36,773 nucleotides of DNA from an uncultured Candidatus Saccharibacteria bacterium (GCA_964446095.1 CAYUNB010000001.1:1-36773), one strand, 5' to 3'. Shown: positions 7,204 through 13,919, counted from the first letter of the stretch. Notes: generated by a model from the letters alone, not told the origin. A program made the numbers and translations.

Positions 7204-7324
7204 GGGACTCTAGATTTAGATGCAGAACGAGGAGAAGATGAGTATTGCGAGGAAGATGTACTTGGCAGTACATTGACGAACAAGTGGAATCTTCGACAAA
7301 GTTATGCGCTAAATCTAGAGTCCT
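7204..7324. ncRNA. Unclassified structured element, copy 1 (homolog at 30749..30868)
   Basis: The outer helix is 7205-7218 with 7310-7323 (14 bp). The inner helix is 7234-7239 with 7289-7294. The terminal hairpin is 7256-7262 with 7267-7273. Junction sequences are conserved and the helices covary relative to copy 2. The strand is undetermined. Confidence 0.55.
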
Positions 7325-7335
7325 AAAACATAAAA

Positions 7336-7365
7336 CCCGGCCGAAGCCGGGCTTTATGCGATATT
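7336..7365. terminator. GC tetraloop hairpin, terminator-like on either strand
   Basis: CCCGGC (7336-7341) pairs with GCCGGG (7346-7351) around loop CGAA. On the minus strand it is followed by TTTTATGTTTT, and on the plus strand by CTTTATGCGATATTTGTTTT. Confidence 0.5.
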
Positions 7366-7420
7366 TGTTTTGGAAAGCTCTTCAAAATAATGATTTATAA
7401 TGAAGATGCACTCGAATAGT

Positions 7421-7449
7421 ATATTAGCAAATGCCATTTTAAAAGTCAA
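7421..7449 (-). promoter_or_regulatory. Orphan sigma-70-like promoter pointing into the gene-free region
   Basis: On the minus strand: TTGACT (7449-7444), 17 nt, TAATAT (7426-7421). No ORF lies downstream of it. Confidence 0.45.
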
Positions 7450-7953
7450 GTGTTATGCTACTATGGGCCCATGGCGATGACAGCGAGGCAAAAAATAATC
7501 AGATTCCTAACTCCGGTAATATTACCCATTGTGAAAATCTACTGGGGAATATTCAAACCAGAAACCTACGGAGTAAAAGTAATTATTGAGAATAACGGAA
7601 AATTTTTATTAGTCAGAAACGCCTATGGAAGCAAGAGGTGGACCTTCCCCGGCGGTCGAATAGAAAAGAATGAGGCGGCGATAGCCGCAGCCGCAAGGGA
7701 GATCAGAGAGGAGGTGCAGTTAAATATTTCAAATCTAATTTTCATAGACCAAATCGTCTCAACGTCTGAAGGCAAAAGAGATAATGTTTCAATATTCCGC
7801 GCCTCAAGCGAATCGAGCGAGATTACATCCGATGAATTCGAGATCGAAGAGGCCGGCTGGTTCGCACCGGAGAATTTTCCAGAGATCAGCTTAATCGCAG
7901 AGAAGATCTGGCAGATTTATAAAAATAAAAATTCTACCGAATCCAACTCCTAA
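7450..7953 (+). CDS. NUDIX hydrolase
   Basis: The Nudix box is GGRIEKNEAAIAAAAREIREEVQL. The start is either GTG 7450 or ATG 7471. Confidence 0.85.
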   Translation: MLCYYGPMAMTARQKIIRFLTPVILPIVKIYWGIFKPETYGVKVIIENNGKFLLVRNAYGSKRWTFPGGRIEKNEAAIAAAAREIREEVQLNISNLIFIDQIVSTSEGKRDNVSIFRASSESSEITSDEFEIEEAGWFAPENFPEISLIAEKIWQIYKNKNSTESNS

Positions 7954-8803
7954 CCTTCTTGATCTGTTCTTCGTACGTATCGAAGCCTTCGGGTGTCTCG
8001 AGTATCAGCGGGATATTTTCTCCCCCAGCTTTGCGCAGTTCTAAAACGAAAGCCTTGAGTCCAAGCTCGCCGATCTGCCCGCGGCCGATATCTTCGTGGC
8101 GATCGACGCGCGAACCGGCCGGCTTCTTGGAATCATTCAGATGAACGCAGATAATGTTCGCAATGCCAATATTTTTTCCTATCTCCTCGACAGCAGCCTT
8201 AGCACCCTTCGCAGTCGTAATATCGTAACCGGCACCGAACATATGCGCGGTATCAATGCAGACCTTCACCCTCTTCTTGTCGCCGATCTTCTTATAGATC
8301 TCACCGAGCTCCTCGAACTTGAAACCGACCTCGCTCCCCTGTCCGGCTGTATTCTCTAAAATAATCGCCGCCCTACTTTTCTCGGTCATCTTAATAACCT
8401 TCTTAATATTGGCAACGTAGTTCTCTACAGCCTCCGGCACCGGCATCTCCAAACTCTTACCTAAATGAATCACTGCGCCGTCTCCGCCAAGCGCTTCGGC
8501 ATTCAGCACATCCTCTGCGAGGGACTTCAACTCGTAACCATCGGAGGAAACCGGCTTGGCGAAATTTAGCAAATATGAGGCGTGCACAACGAAGGACTTG
8601 ATCTTATTTCTATCAGCGAACTCTTTAACGGAAGTGGACTCCTCTTTCGTCACCGCTCGCAGCTTAGCCTGCATCGGACTCTTAGCGAAGATCTGCATAG
8701 CGTCCGCGCCAATCGAAAGGGCCACCTTGAAAGATTCAAGATAGCCCTTTGAAACCGAGAAGTGAGCGCCGATTGGATTTTTATTTGCCACTGGCCTTAG
8801 CAA
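7934..8803 (-). CDS. nfo: Deoxyribonuclease IV (AP endonuclease, endonuclease IV family)
   Basis: The TIM-barrel AP endonuclease 2 motifs are present: IGAHFS, VVHASYLLN, VIHLG, ILENTAGQGSE, CIDTAHMFGAGYD, VHLNDSK..GSRVDRHE and ILETP. The start is TTG 8803 or GTG 8791, and either one overlaps the rplT stop. Confidence 0.9.
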   Translation of the reverse strand: MLRPVANKNPIGAHFSVSKGYLESFKVALSIGADAMQIFAKSPMQAKLRAVTKEESTSVKEFADRNKIKSFVVHASYLLNFAKPVSSDGYELKSLAEDVLNAEALGGDGAVIHLGKSLEMPVPEAVENYVANIKKVIKMTEKSRAAIILENTAGQGSEVGFKFEELGEIYKKIGDKKRVKVCIDTAHMFGAGYDITTAKGAKAAVEEIGKNIGIANIICVHLNDSKKPAGSRVDRHEDIGRGQIGELGLKAFVLELRKAGGENIPLILETPEGFDTYEEQIKKVRSWIR

Positions 8804-9131
8804 CTACGCGAGAGAAGCTCTTCGGGCTTGAAGCTGCAATCTGCGAGAGCACCTTCCTATCGAGAGCGATACCGCCCTTCTTCAACATGCCCATCAGCTT
8901 GCTGTAGCTCAGGCCATTGATCCTAGACTCAGCATTGATGCGCACCTGAAAGAGCTTGCGGAAATCACCCTTCTTCTTTCTCCTGTGAGCAAAGGCGTAC
9001 TGGCCAGCGTGCAGGATAGCATCCTTAGCCATCCTCTCCTTAGTGCTCCTGCCGAAGCGGTAGCCCTTTGTCTTCTTCAGAAGATTCCTTCTTTTCTTGA
9101 GAGCATTTACGCCCTTCTTAACTCTGGTCAT
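8781..9131 (-). CDS. rplT: 50S ribosomal protein L20
   Basis: MTRVKKGVNALKKRRNLLKKTKGYRFGRS..AFAHRRKKKGDFRKLFQVRINA is canonical L20. Confidence 0.97.
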   Translation of the reverse strand: MTRVKKGVNALKKRRNLLKKTKGYRFGRSTKERMAKDAILHAGQYAFAHRRKKKGDFRKLFQVRINAESRINGLSYSKLMGMLKKGGIALDRKVLSQIAASSPKSFSRVVAKASGK

Positions 9132-9161
9132 GGTAGTTTAAAATTAAATTTATCGTGCGGA

Positions 9162-9344
9162 TTAAAAAGGCAGGTTCTGCTTCAGAAGCTTATGGCGGAC
9201 AGTGAAAGTCATCATCCGCTTGCCAGCCAGCTGTTTGCCGCGGCTTGCCTTGGCATTGAAGTGATCCTTGCCAGCCTTCCTCGAGAGCACTTTGCCCCTC
9301 TTGGTTACCTTCAATCTCTTCAAATATGATTTATTAGTCTTCAT
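9162..9344 (-). CDS. rpmI: 50S ribosomal protein L35
   Basis: MKTNKSYLKRLKVTKRGKVLSRKAGKDHFN lies between infC and rplT. Confidence 0.95.
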   Translation of the reverse strand: MKTNKSYLKRLKVTKRGKVLSRKAGKDHFNAKASRGKQLAGKRMMTFTVRHKLLKQNLPF

Positions 9345-9372
9345 CTGCTTATTCTTATACTTATTCCTTATT

Positions 9373-9888
9373 CTACTTTTTAGCCTTTTCTATTACTAAA
9401 CTTAAACCATTCGGACTCGACTTTATATTCTCGACAATCTTATACTCTTCAGTAATGAACTTGAGTATTCTCTCCATCCTCTCTCGCAGGAATGCCGGGT
9501 CCATATACTTAGCTCGGCCTCGAAGATAAAGATTTATCTTAATCCGATGGCCCGCCTTCAAGAACTTAGAAGCCATCTGAGACTTAAGCTCAAGATCGTG
9601 GTCACCAGTACCGATCTTTACCTGAATGGACTTGGTTTCAAGAGGCTTAGTCTTGGATTTAGCCAGCTTAGCCTTCTTGTTTTCCAGATACTGAAATTTA
9701 CCATAATCCATGATTTTTGCAATAGGCGGTATGGCTTTATCAGAAATCTCTATAAGATCAGCGCCTCGCTGGCGAGCCAGCTCTAAGGCCTCAGATATAG
9801 GCAATACGCCAAGATTCTGACCGTCCTCTTCAATAACCCGTACTTCAACGGCTCGTATTTGATTGTTGATTTTAAATCTATCTTTCAA
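9373..9888 (-). CDS. infC: Translation initiation factor IF-3
   Basis: INNQIRAVEVRVIEEDGQNLGVLPISEALELARQRGADLIEIS..PPIAKIMDYGKFQY. There is no ATG start: the track start is TTG 9888, and an in-frame ATT lies at 9891-9889. Confidence 0.95.
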   Translation of the reverse strand: MKDRFKINNQIRAVEVRVIEEDGQNLGVLPISEALELARQRGADLIEISDKAIPPIAKIMDYGKFQYLENKKAKLAKSKTKPLETKSIQVKIGTGDHDLELKSQMASKFLKAGHRIKINLYLRGRAKYMDPAFLRERMERILKFITEEYKIVENIKSSPNGLSLVIEKAKK

Positions 9889-9898
9889 AATTTACCAA

Positions 9899-9926
9899 AT
9901 TATACATAAATAAAATAAAATTGCAA
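9899..9926 (-). promoter_or_regulatory. Sigma-70-like promoter of infC-rpmI-rplT
   Basis: On the minus strand: TTGCAA (9926-9921), 16 nt, TATAAT (9904-9899). It lies 7-10 nt from the candidate start codons. Confidence 0.5.
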
Positions 9927-9930
9927 GTAA

Positions 9931-10584
9931 CTACAGAGTTCCGCCGGATAGAGAATTAACGTCGAACTCCTTGATCATCGCATTCTTATTCGCTTCAATC
10001 TTATCCTTTTCAACTAGAGCTACTATCTTCTGTATTAAAGTTTTCGGATCCGGATCAAACACTATTTTCTTATTATCCTCCTTCCTGTGGCTCTTCTCGA
10101 TGATCTCCATCAAGATTTCGTCGGTTTCCCAGGGACCTTGCAATATTCCGATAGGTTTATTGTCTTCAAAAGCAACAGTGAACTCATGAATCGTCCCCAC
10201 TCTGCCCGGACCTATGATAACCGCATCGGAAGTGCGAGTCAGTAGAATATCGCGGCCGACATAACCGAAGCCGGTGTAGATTATGAAATCCATATACTCA
10301 AGCGGCAATTTATAAAGTTCTATATGACTCCTCTCGCTATCTGCCGGCGACAAACCGACCGATACTCCGCCCTGCATTTTAGCTCCTTTAGCCGCCCATA
10401 GTGGAACCCCTGTAGTGGCTCCGCTGACAAGAACCGCGCCCTGGCGGACAACTTCCCGTCCGATCTCCTCGCATTTCTGCAAGTCTTCGGCCGTCAGATG
10501 AGTGGTCGCGGCCGCGCCGGAAATCGCTATCTTAATCTGCAAATGCGCATGCTTAGAATGATCGTTCTCTAGTTTTTCTGCCAT
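9931..10584 (-). CDS. TIGR00725 / LOG-like (SLOG) Rossmann-fold protein
   Basis: IAISGAA..GREVVRQGAVLVSGATTGVPLWAAKGA..GGVSVGLSP..DAVIIGPGRVGTIHEF follows the family pattern. Confidence 0.65.
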   Translation of the reverse strand: MAEKLENDHSKHAHLQIKIAISGAAATTHLTAEDLQKCEEIGREVVRQGAVLVSGATTGVPLWAAKGAKMQGGVSVGLSPADSERSHIELYKLPLEYMDFIIYTGFGYVGRDILLTRTSDAVIIGPGRVGTIHEFTVAFEDNKPIGILQGPWETDEILMEIIEKSHRKEDNKKIVFDPDPKTLIQKIVALVEKDKIEANKNAMIKEFDVNSLSGGTL

Positions 10585-10594
10585 TTTATTTATC

Positions 10595-12010
10595 TTATAC
10601 TTCTAATTCATAACTCTCTCCATAGGCTGGAGTGATCGCATTGATCGCCATATTATCCCTTATCCTTTGAGCCATGAAAGCTGAAGATTTGGGTTCGCCC
10701 AGAACCACGAATACTTTCTTAACTCTATCGGCGGTGTGTCCTACGAAATCCAATAGGCCATCTGAACCTTTGTGGCCGGAGTAACCGGTTATTGAGACGA
10801 CGTTCGCCTTAACCTTGACCGTCTCCCCCATTATGCGTATCTCCTTGGCACCCTCCTGTATAAGCCGGCCCAGAGTTCCCACTGACTGATAGCCTGTCAG
10901 AAGAAGCGTGCTGTGGTCATCCGATAAATAGTTCTTTTCGTGATGCATAATCCTGCCACCGTTGCTCATACCGGAACCGGCTATGATTATTTTCGGATTA
11001 GAAGCATTTTTTATAGCTATCGACTCTTCGGTATTAAGGGTCCTTATGAGCTGGGGGAAGGCGAACATCCCTTCTTTAAGATGACTCGAGTCCTGCTCCA
11101 TTGCCTCCGGATTGAAATATGATTTATATTTGTTGTAAATATCCGTAACCTTGATCGCCAGAGGTGAATCCAAGAATACCTTGACGAGAGGTATCCTGCT
11201 GTTCTCCATCATCATGTTTATCTCGTAGAGGATCTCTTGAGTCTTCTCTATGGAAAATGCAGGTATCATGAGTACACCTCGCATCTTGACCGTATCCTCG
11301 ATGGCATCTTCGAGCATGTCGCGGCTGGCGCTGTGAGGCTCGTGGTTGCGATCGCCGTAGACCGATTCGACGATCAGATAATCAGCATCAGTAACATGCT
11401 CTGTATCATTCAGAAGCACATTCGGACTGTTGCCCAAATCTCCTGTGTACACTATCTTCTTGCCGTTATAAGTAAGTTCAGTCATGGCCGAACCCAAGAT
11501 ATGACCGGCATCGAGAAAGCGGATTTTGAAGTTGCCGAGCTGAAGCTCTTGATGATACGGCAGACCATCGGCCCACATCTCCATAGACTTCTGAATATCG
11601 TTCTCATCATAAAGGATCGGCTGGCCTATAGCCTTAGCCTCCTTACCCAGTAGGCCCATGCTGTCGTCGAGCATAACGGCAGTTATATCCTTGGTCGGGG
11701 GTGTAGATAGAATCTTGCCTCTGAAGCCTTCGCGTACGAGCTTGGGTATGCGGCCTATATGATCGAGATGAGCATGGCTAACTACTAAGTAGTCAATAGA
11801 AGCCGGATCGTATGGGAACTTCTCGCAGTTAATACCCTCGCACAGCCGGCCGCCTTGCACTAAGCCGCAGTCAAAGATAATTCTCATCCCCTTGTTACCG
11901 CGTGAAGGATCCGGTAGCTCCTCAAGCAGGAAGTTAGCCCCAGTTACAGACCCCGCTCCGCCATAAAACGTCAACTTAAGTTTAGAACTCATATCTGAAT
12001 TATAATGCAT
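10595..12010 (-). CDS. MBL-fold metallo-hydrolase with beta-CASP domain (RNA-metabolising RNase J/CPSF-like)
   Basis: FDCGLVQG, VVSHAHLDHIGRIP, FLDAGHILGS and TGDLG are followed by beta-CASP and C-terminal GYSGHKG motifs. Confidence 0.8.
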   Translation of the reverse strand: MHYNSDMSSKLKLTFYGGAGSVTGANFLLEELPDPSRGNKGMRIIFDCGLVQGGRLCEGINCEKFPYDPASIDYLVVSHAHLDHIGRIPKLVREGFRGKILSTPPTKDITAVMLDDSMGLLGKEAKAIGQPILYDENDIQKSMEMWADGLPYHQELQLGNFKIRFLDAGHILGSAMTELTYNGKKIVYTGDLGNSPNVLLNDTEHVTDADYLIVESVYGDRNHEPHSASRDMLEDAIEDTVKMRGVLMIPAFSIEKTQEILYEINMMMENSRIPLVKVFLDSPLAIKVTDIYNKYKSYFNPEAMEQDSSHLKEGMFAFPQLIRTLNTEESIAIKNASNPKIIIAGSGMSNGGRIMHHEKNYLSDDHSTLLLTGYQSVGTLGRLIQEGAKEIRIMGETVKVKANVVSITGYSGHKGSDGLLDFVGHTADRVKKVFVVLGEPKSSAFMAQRIRDNMAINAITPAYGESYELEV

Positions 12011-12030
12011 GTTACGAAAGCCTGCAAAAT

Positions 12031-12056
12031 TAATAAAAAATCCCGCTGAGCGGGAC
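12031..12056 (-). terminator. Intrinsic terminator (ends the candidate sRNA / ndk unit)
   Basis: TCCCGC (12041-12046) pairs with GCGGGA (12050-12055). On the minus strand it is followed by TTTTTTATT. Confidence 0.7.
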
Positions 12057-12188
12057 TCTTTATCGAGGTTACTTGAGATATTAAGCCCTAGTTTTTAGAC
12101 CAGGTGGGTGCCTTCGACACTCTGCCACGGCAGAATGAAAGTGAAGCTCCCTTGCATAAATATCTAGTTTAATATATCAAACAACCTC
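12035..12188 (-). ncRNA. Candidate ~150-nt sRNA: long imperfect hairpin with its own promoter and terminator
   Basis: The 5' arm GAGGTTGTTTGATATATTAAACTAG (from 12188 downward) pairs with the 3' arm CTAGGGCTTAATATCTCAAGTAACCTC (ending at 12065). A terminator follows. There is no ORF. Confidence 0.45.
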
Positions 12189-12194
12189 ACCCAA

Positions 12195-12222
12195 ATTATA
12201 ACTCCGCTACGGCTACATACAA
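12195..12222 (-). promoter_or_regulatory. Sigma-70-like promoter for the candidate sRNA
   Basis: On the minus strand: TTGTAT (12222-12217), 16 nt, TATAAT (12200-12195). The predicted start is near G12188, the first base of the helix. Confidence 0.45.
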
Positions 12223-12240
12223 TAGCCGAGGTGCATAACC

Positions 12241-12720
12241 CTATGCCAAGTCGTCTTCGCTGTAAACGTGCAAGAAGTCGGCGCGATCGTAGTCGAAAAT
12301 TTCGTCTTTCTTAAAGAGCCGCTCCGACTCGGAGATGCCGGCCTCGACTGAATCAGAAGCGTGCACAACCGTCACGCCGCCGCTCATCGAGAAGTCGCCG
12401 CGGATGCTGCCGGCTGGCGCCATGTAGCCCTTGGTCGGACCGACAATGACTCTGACGGCCTCAACGGCGCGTAAGCCCGCAACAACCATTACAACTACCG
12501 GTGAAGATTTCATATATTTCTTCAGCCCGGCGAAGAACGGCTTGTCCTTATGCGGCGCATAGTGGCCTTCGAGCTCCGCATCACTTAGCGTGATCATCTT
12601 CATGCCGATGATCTTCAAGCCCTTGCGCTCGAAGCGATGGATAATTTCGCCCAAGAGACCGCGCTGTACGCAGTCCGGCTTCAATATTACTAATGTTCTC
12701 TCTTCTTTATGATGTGACAT
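12241..12720 (-). CDS. ndk: Nucleoside diphosphate kinase
   Basis: ERTLVILKPDCVQRGLLGEIIHRFERKGLKIIGMKM..GPTKG..APAGSIRGDF..VVHASDS. Confidence 0.95.
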   Translation of the reverse strand: MSHHKEERTLVILKPDCVQRGLLGEIIHRFERKGLKIIGMKMITLSDAELEGHYAPHKDKPFFAGLKKYMKSSPVVVMVVAGLRAVEAVRVIVGPTKGYMAPAGSIRGDFSMSGGVTVVHASDSVEAGISESERLFKKDEIFDYDRADFLHVYSEDDLA

Positions 12721-12727
12721 GAAAAAT

Positions 12728-12755
12728 ATTATATACAGTTTGATACTTTAGTCAA
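12728..12755 (-). promoter_or_regulatory. ndk promoter; geometry predicts a leaderless mRNA
   Basis: On the minus strand: TTGACT (12755-12750), 16 nt, TATAAT (12733-12728), 7 nt (ATTTTTC), then ATG 12720. There is no Shine-Dalgarno site. Confidence 0.55.
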
Positions 12756-12768
12756 AAAAATATATAAT
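12740..12768 (+). promoter_or_regulatory. dcd promoter
   Basis: TTGATA (12740-12745), 17 nt, TATAAT (12763-12768), then AAAGGAGG and ATG 12797. It interleaves with the divergent ndk promoter. Confidence 0.6.
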
Positions 12769-12796
12769 CTTCCCGGCTTAGCTAAAGGAGGTTTCC

Positions 12797-13345
12797 ATGG
12801 GCTGGCTGACTGGCAAGGAGATTGAAAAACAGGTAGGCGCTGGCAAGATCAGAATCGAACCATTCAATACAGAGCAGCTTAATCCTAATTCGTACGACTA
12901 CCGGCTCAGCAATGTTCTGCGGCAACTTCTGCCGAACTCCGTTATGGACGGGATACCTTGCATAGACCCGCGGAAGGAGATGGTCTACAAGGATATCATT
13001 ATTCCCGAAACAGGCTATCTGCTTATCACAGAGAACGCCTATCTCGGCTCGACAGTAGAGAAGTTCGGCAGCGAACATTATGCAAGCCTAGTAACGGGCA
13101 AGAGCAGTATCGGCAGGCTCTTCATCAAGAATCATGCATGCGCCGGACTTGTCGACCAGGGGTTCTTCAATAACATCACGCTGGAGATCACCGCTAAGCT
13201 GCCGACGATCATCTTCCCCGGCATGCGCTTCGGCCAGATCTTCTGGTTCAAGAGTGTCGGCGAGTGCGAGCTCTACAAGGGCAAGTACTCCGAAGGCGAC
13301 AACATCGCCAGACCGTCGCAGATCATATTGGACTGGAACAAGTAG
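12797..13345 (+). CDS. dcd: dCTP deaminase
   Basis: IRIEPFNTEQLNPNSYDYRLSN..GKSSIGRLFI..AGLVDQGFFNNITLEI..PGMRFGQI. Confidence 0.92.
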   Translation: MGWLTGKEIEKQVGAGKIRIEPFNTEQLNPNSYDYRLSNVLRQLLPNSVMDGIPCIDPRKEMVYKDIIIPETGYLLITENAYLGSTVEKFGSEHYASLVTGKSSIGRLFIKNHACAGLVDQGFFNNITLEITAKLPTIIFPGMRFGQIFWFKSVGECELYKGKYSEGDNIARPSQIILDWNK

Positions 13346-13346
13346 A

Positions 13347-13919
13347 ATGAGGAACTTGATGATCTCCTTCTTCGGAAGTTCCGGCGCCGGTAAGAGCACC
13401 TGCTATGAGTATGCGGAAGCATATCTTGAGTCATTCGGATATAAAGTATTCAGAGCGAATGTGGCTCGCCCCCTACGGGAGGTACAGTCATACGCGTATA
13501 AGACCTTCGGTAAGGAATATCAAGACCCGGACGATCCGGCGTTTAGGCAAGATGGCCAGCTTCTCGGCTTCCTCGCGAAGCACTTCGAGGAGCGGCTGGG
13601 ACCCTGCTTCAAAAATTCGATCGAAAAGATCTTGAGTGAGAATCGTAGTAAGAAAATCGCTATCATAAACACCGACTGCAGGAACAACAGCTACGAATAT
13701 CTCTTGAAGATGGGCTTCGACTTCATAAGAGTCGAGACACCTCCTGACACGCTCACGCTCCGACGTCGACTCCGCGGTGACCTGACGCCCTTTGAGCACA
13801 CTTCATCAGTGGAGCAATACGATCTGATCAAACCGAGATTGACGATAAGCAATGACGGGACACGAGAAGAACTCAAAGAAAAAATCTTCGTCAGCCTCGA
13901 TATACTATTGAACGAGTAA
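13347..13919 (+). CDS. P-loop NTPase, possibly a (d)NMP-kinase-like protein
   Basis: The Walker A motif is FFGSSGAGKST. ATG 13347 lies 1 nt after the dcd stop. The longer track ORF (13134..) overlaps dcd in another frame and was trimmed. Confidence 0.6.
   Translation: MRNLMISFFGSSGAGKSTCYEYAEAYLESFGYKVFRANVARPLREVQSYAYKTFGKEYQDPDDPAFRQDGQLLGFLAKHFEERLGPCFKNSIEKILSENRSKKIAIINTDCRNNSYEYLLKMGFDFIRVETPPDTLTLRRRLRGDLTPFEHTSSVEQYDLIKPRLTISNDGTREELKEKIFVSLDILLNE

Noticed and set aside
7002-7241. A 79-aa plus-strand ORF in the gene-free region.
   Set aside because: It has no Shine-Dalgarno site. It crosses the 7031-7057 terminator hairpin, the long hairpin and the outer helix of the structured element. 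Its composition is not protein-like.
7220-7276. A short ORF starts at the conserved ATGCAG of the structured element. It reads MQNEEKMSIARKMYLAVH in copy 1 and MQNAEETRLTRKMY in copy 2 (from 30765).
   Set aside because: Neither copy has a Shine-Dalgarno site. The differences between copies are mostly non-synonymous and coincide with compensatory changes in paired positions. The peptide lengths differ. RNA or DNA structure explains the conservation better than coding does.
7219-7309. The element could be an integron attC-like site. GCAGAAC ... GTTATGC loosely resembles the RYYYAAC / GTTRRRY inverse-core and core sites, and attC sites conserve structure rather than sequence.
   Set aside because: The matches to the core consensus are imperfect. 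An extra 14-16 bp helix lies outside the putative R boxes. No intI integrase or cassette array is present in the window.
12095-12135. The plus strand reads ACCAGGT-7-TTCG-7-GCCACGGCAG. This has the same spacing and flanks as the E. coli 4.5S (SRP) RNA segment ACCAGGT..GGAA..GCCAAGGCAG.
   Set aside because: The central 7+4+7 nt cannot form the helix-8 stem. The GNAR tetraloop and the conserved AGCA of the Ffh-binding loop are missing on either strand. The promoter and terminator point to the minus strand. I treat the resemblance as coincidental, and cmscan would settle it.
13134-13346. The N-terminal 71 codons of track ORF 13134..13919.
   Set aside because: They overlap dcd in another frame and have an Arg/Ser-rich nonsense-like composition. 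A clean ATG at 13347 sits directly after the dcd stop and just before the Walker A motif.
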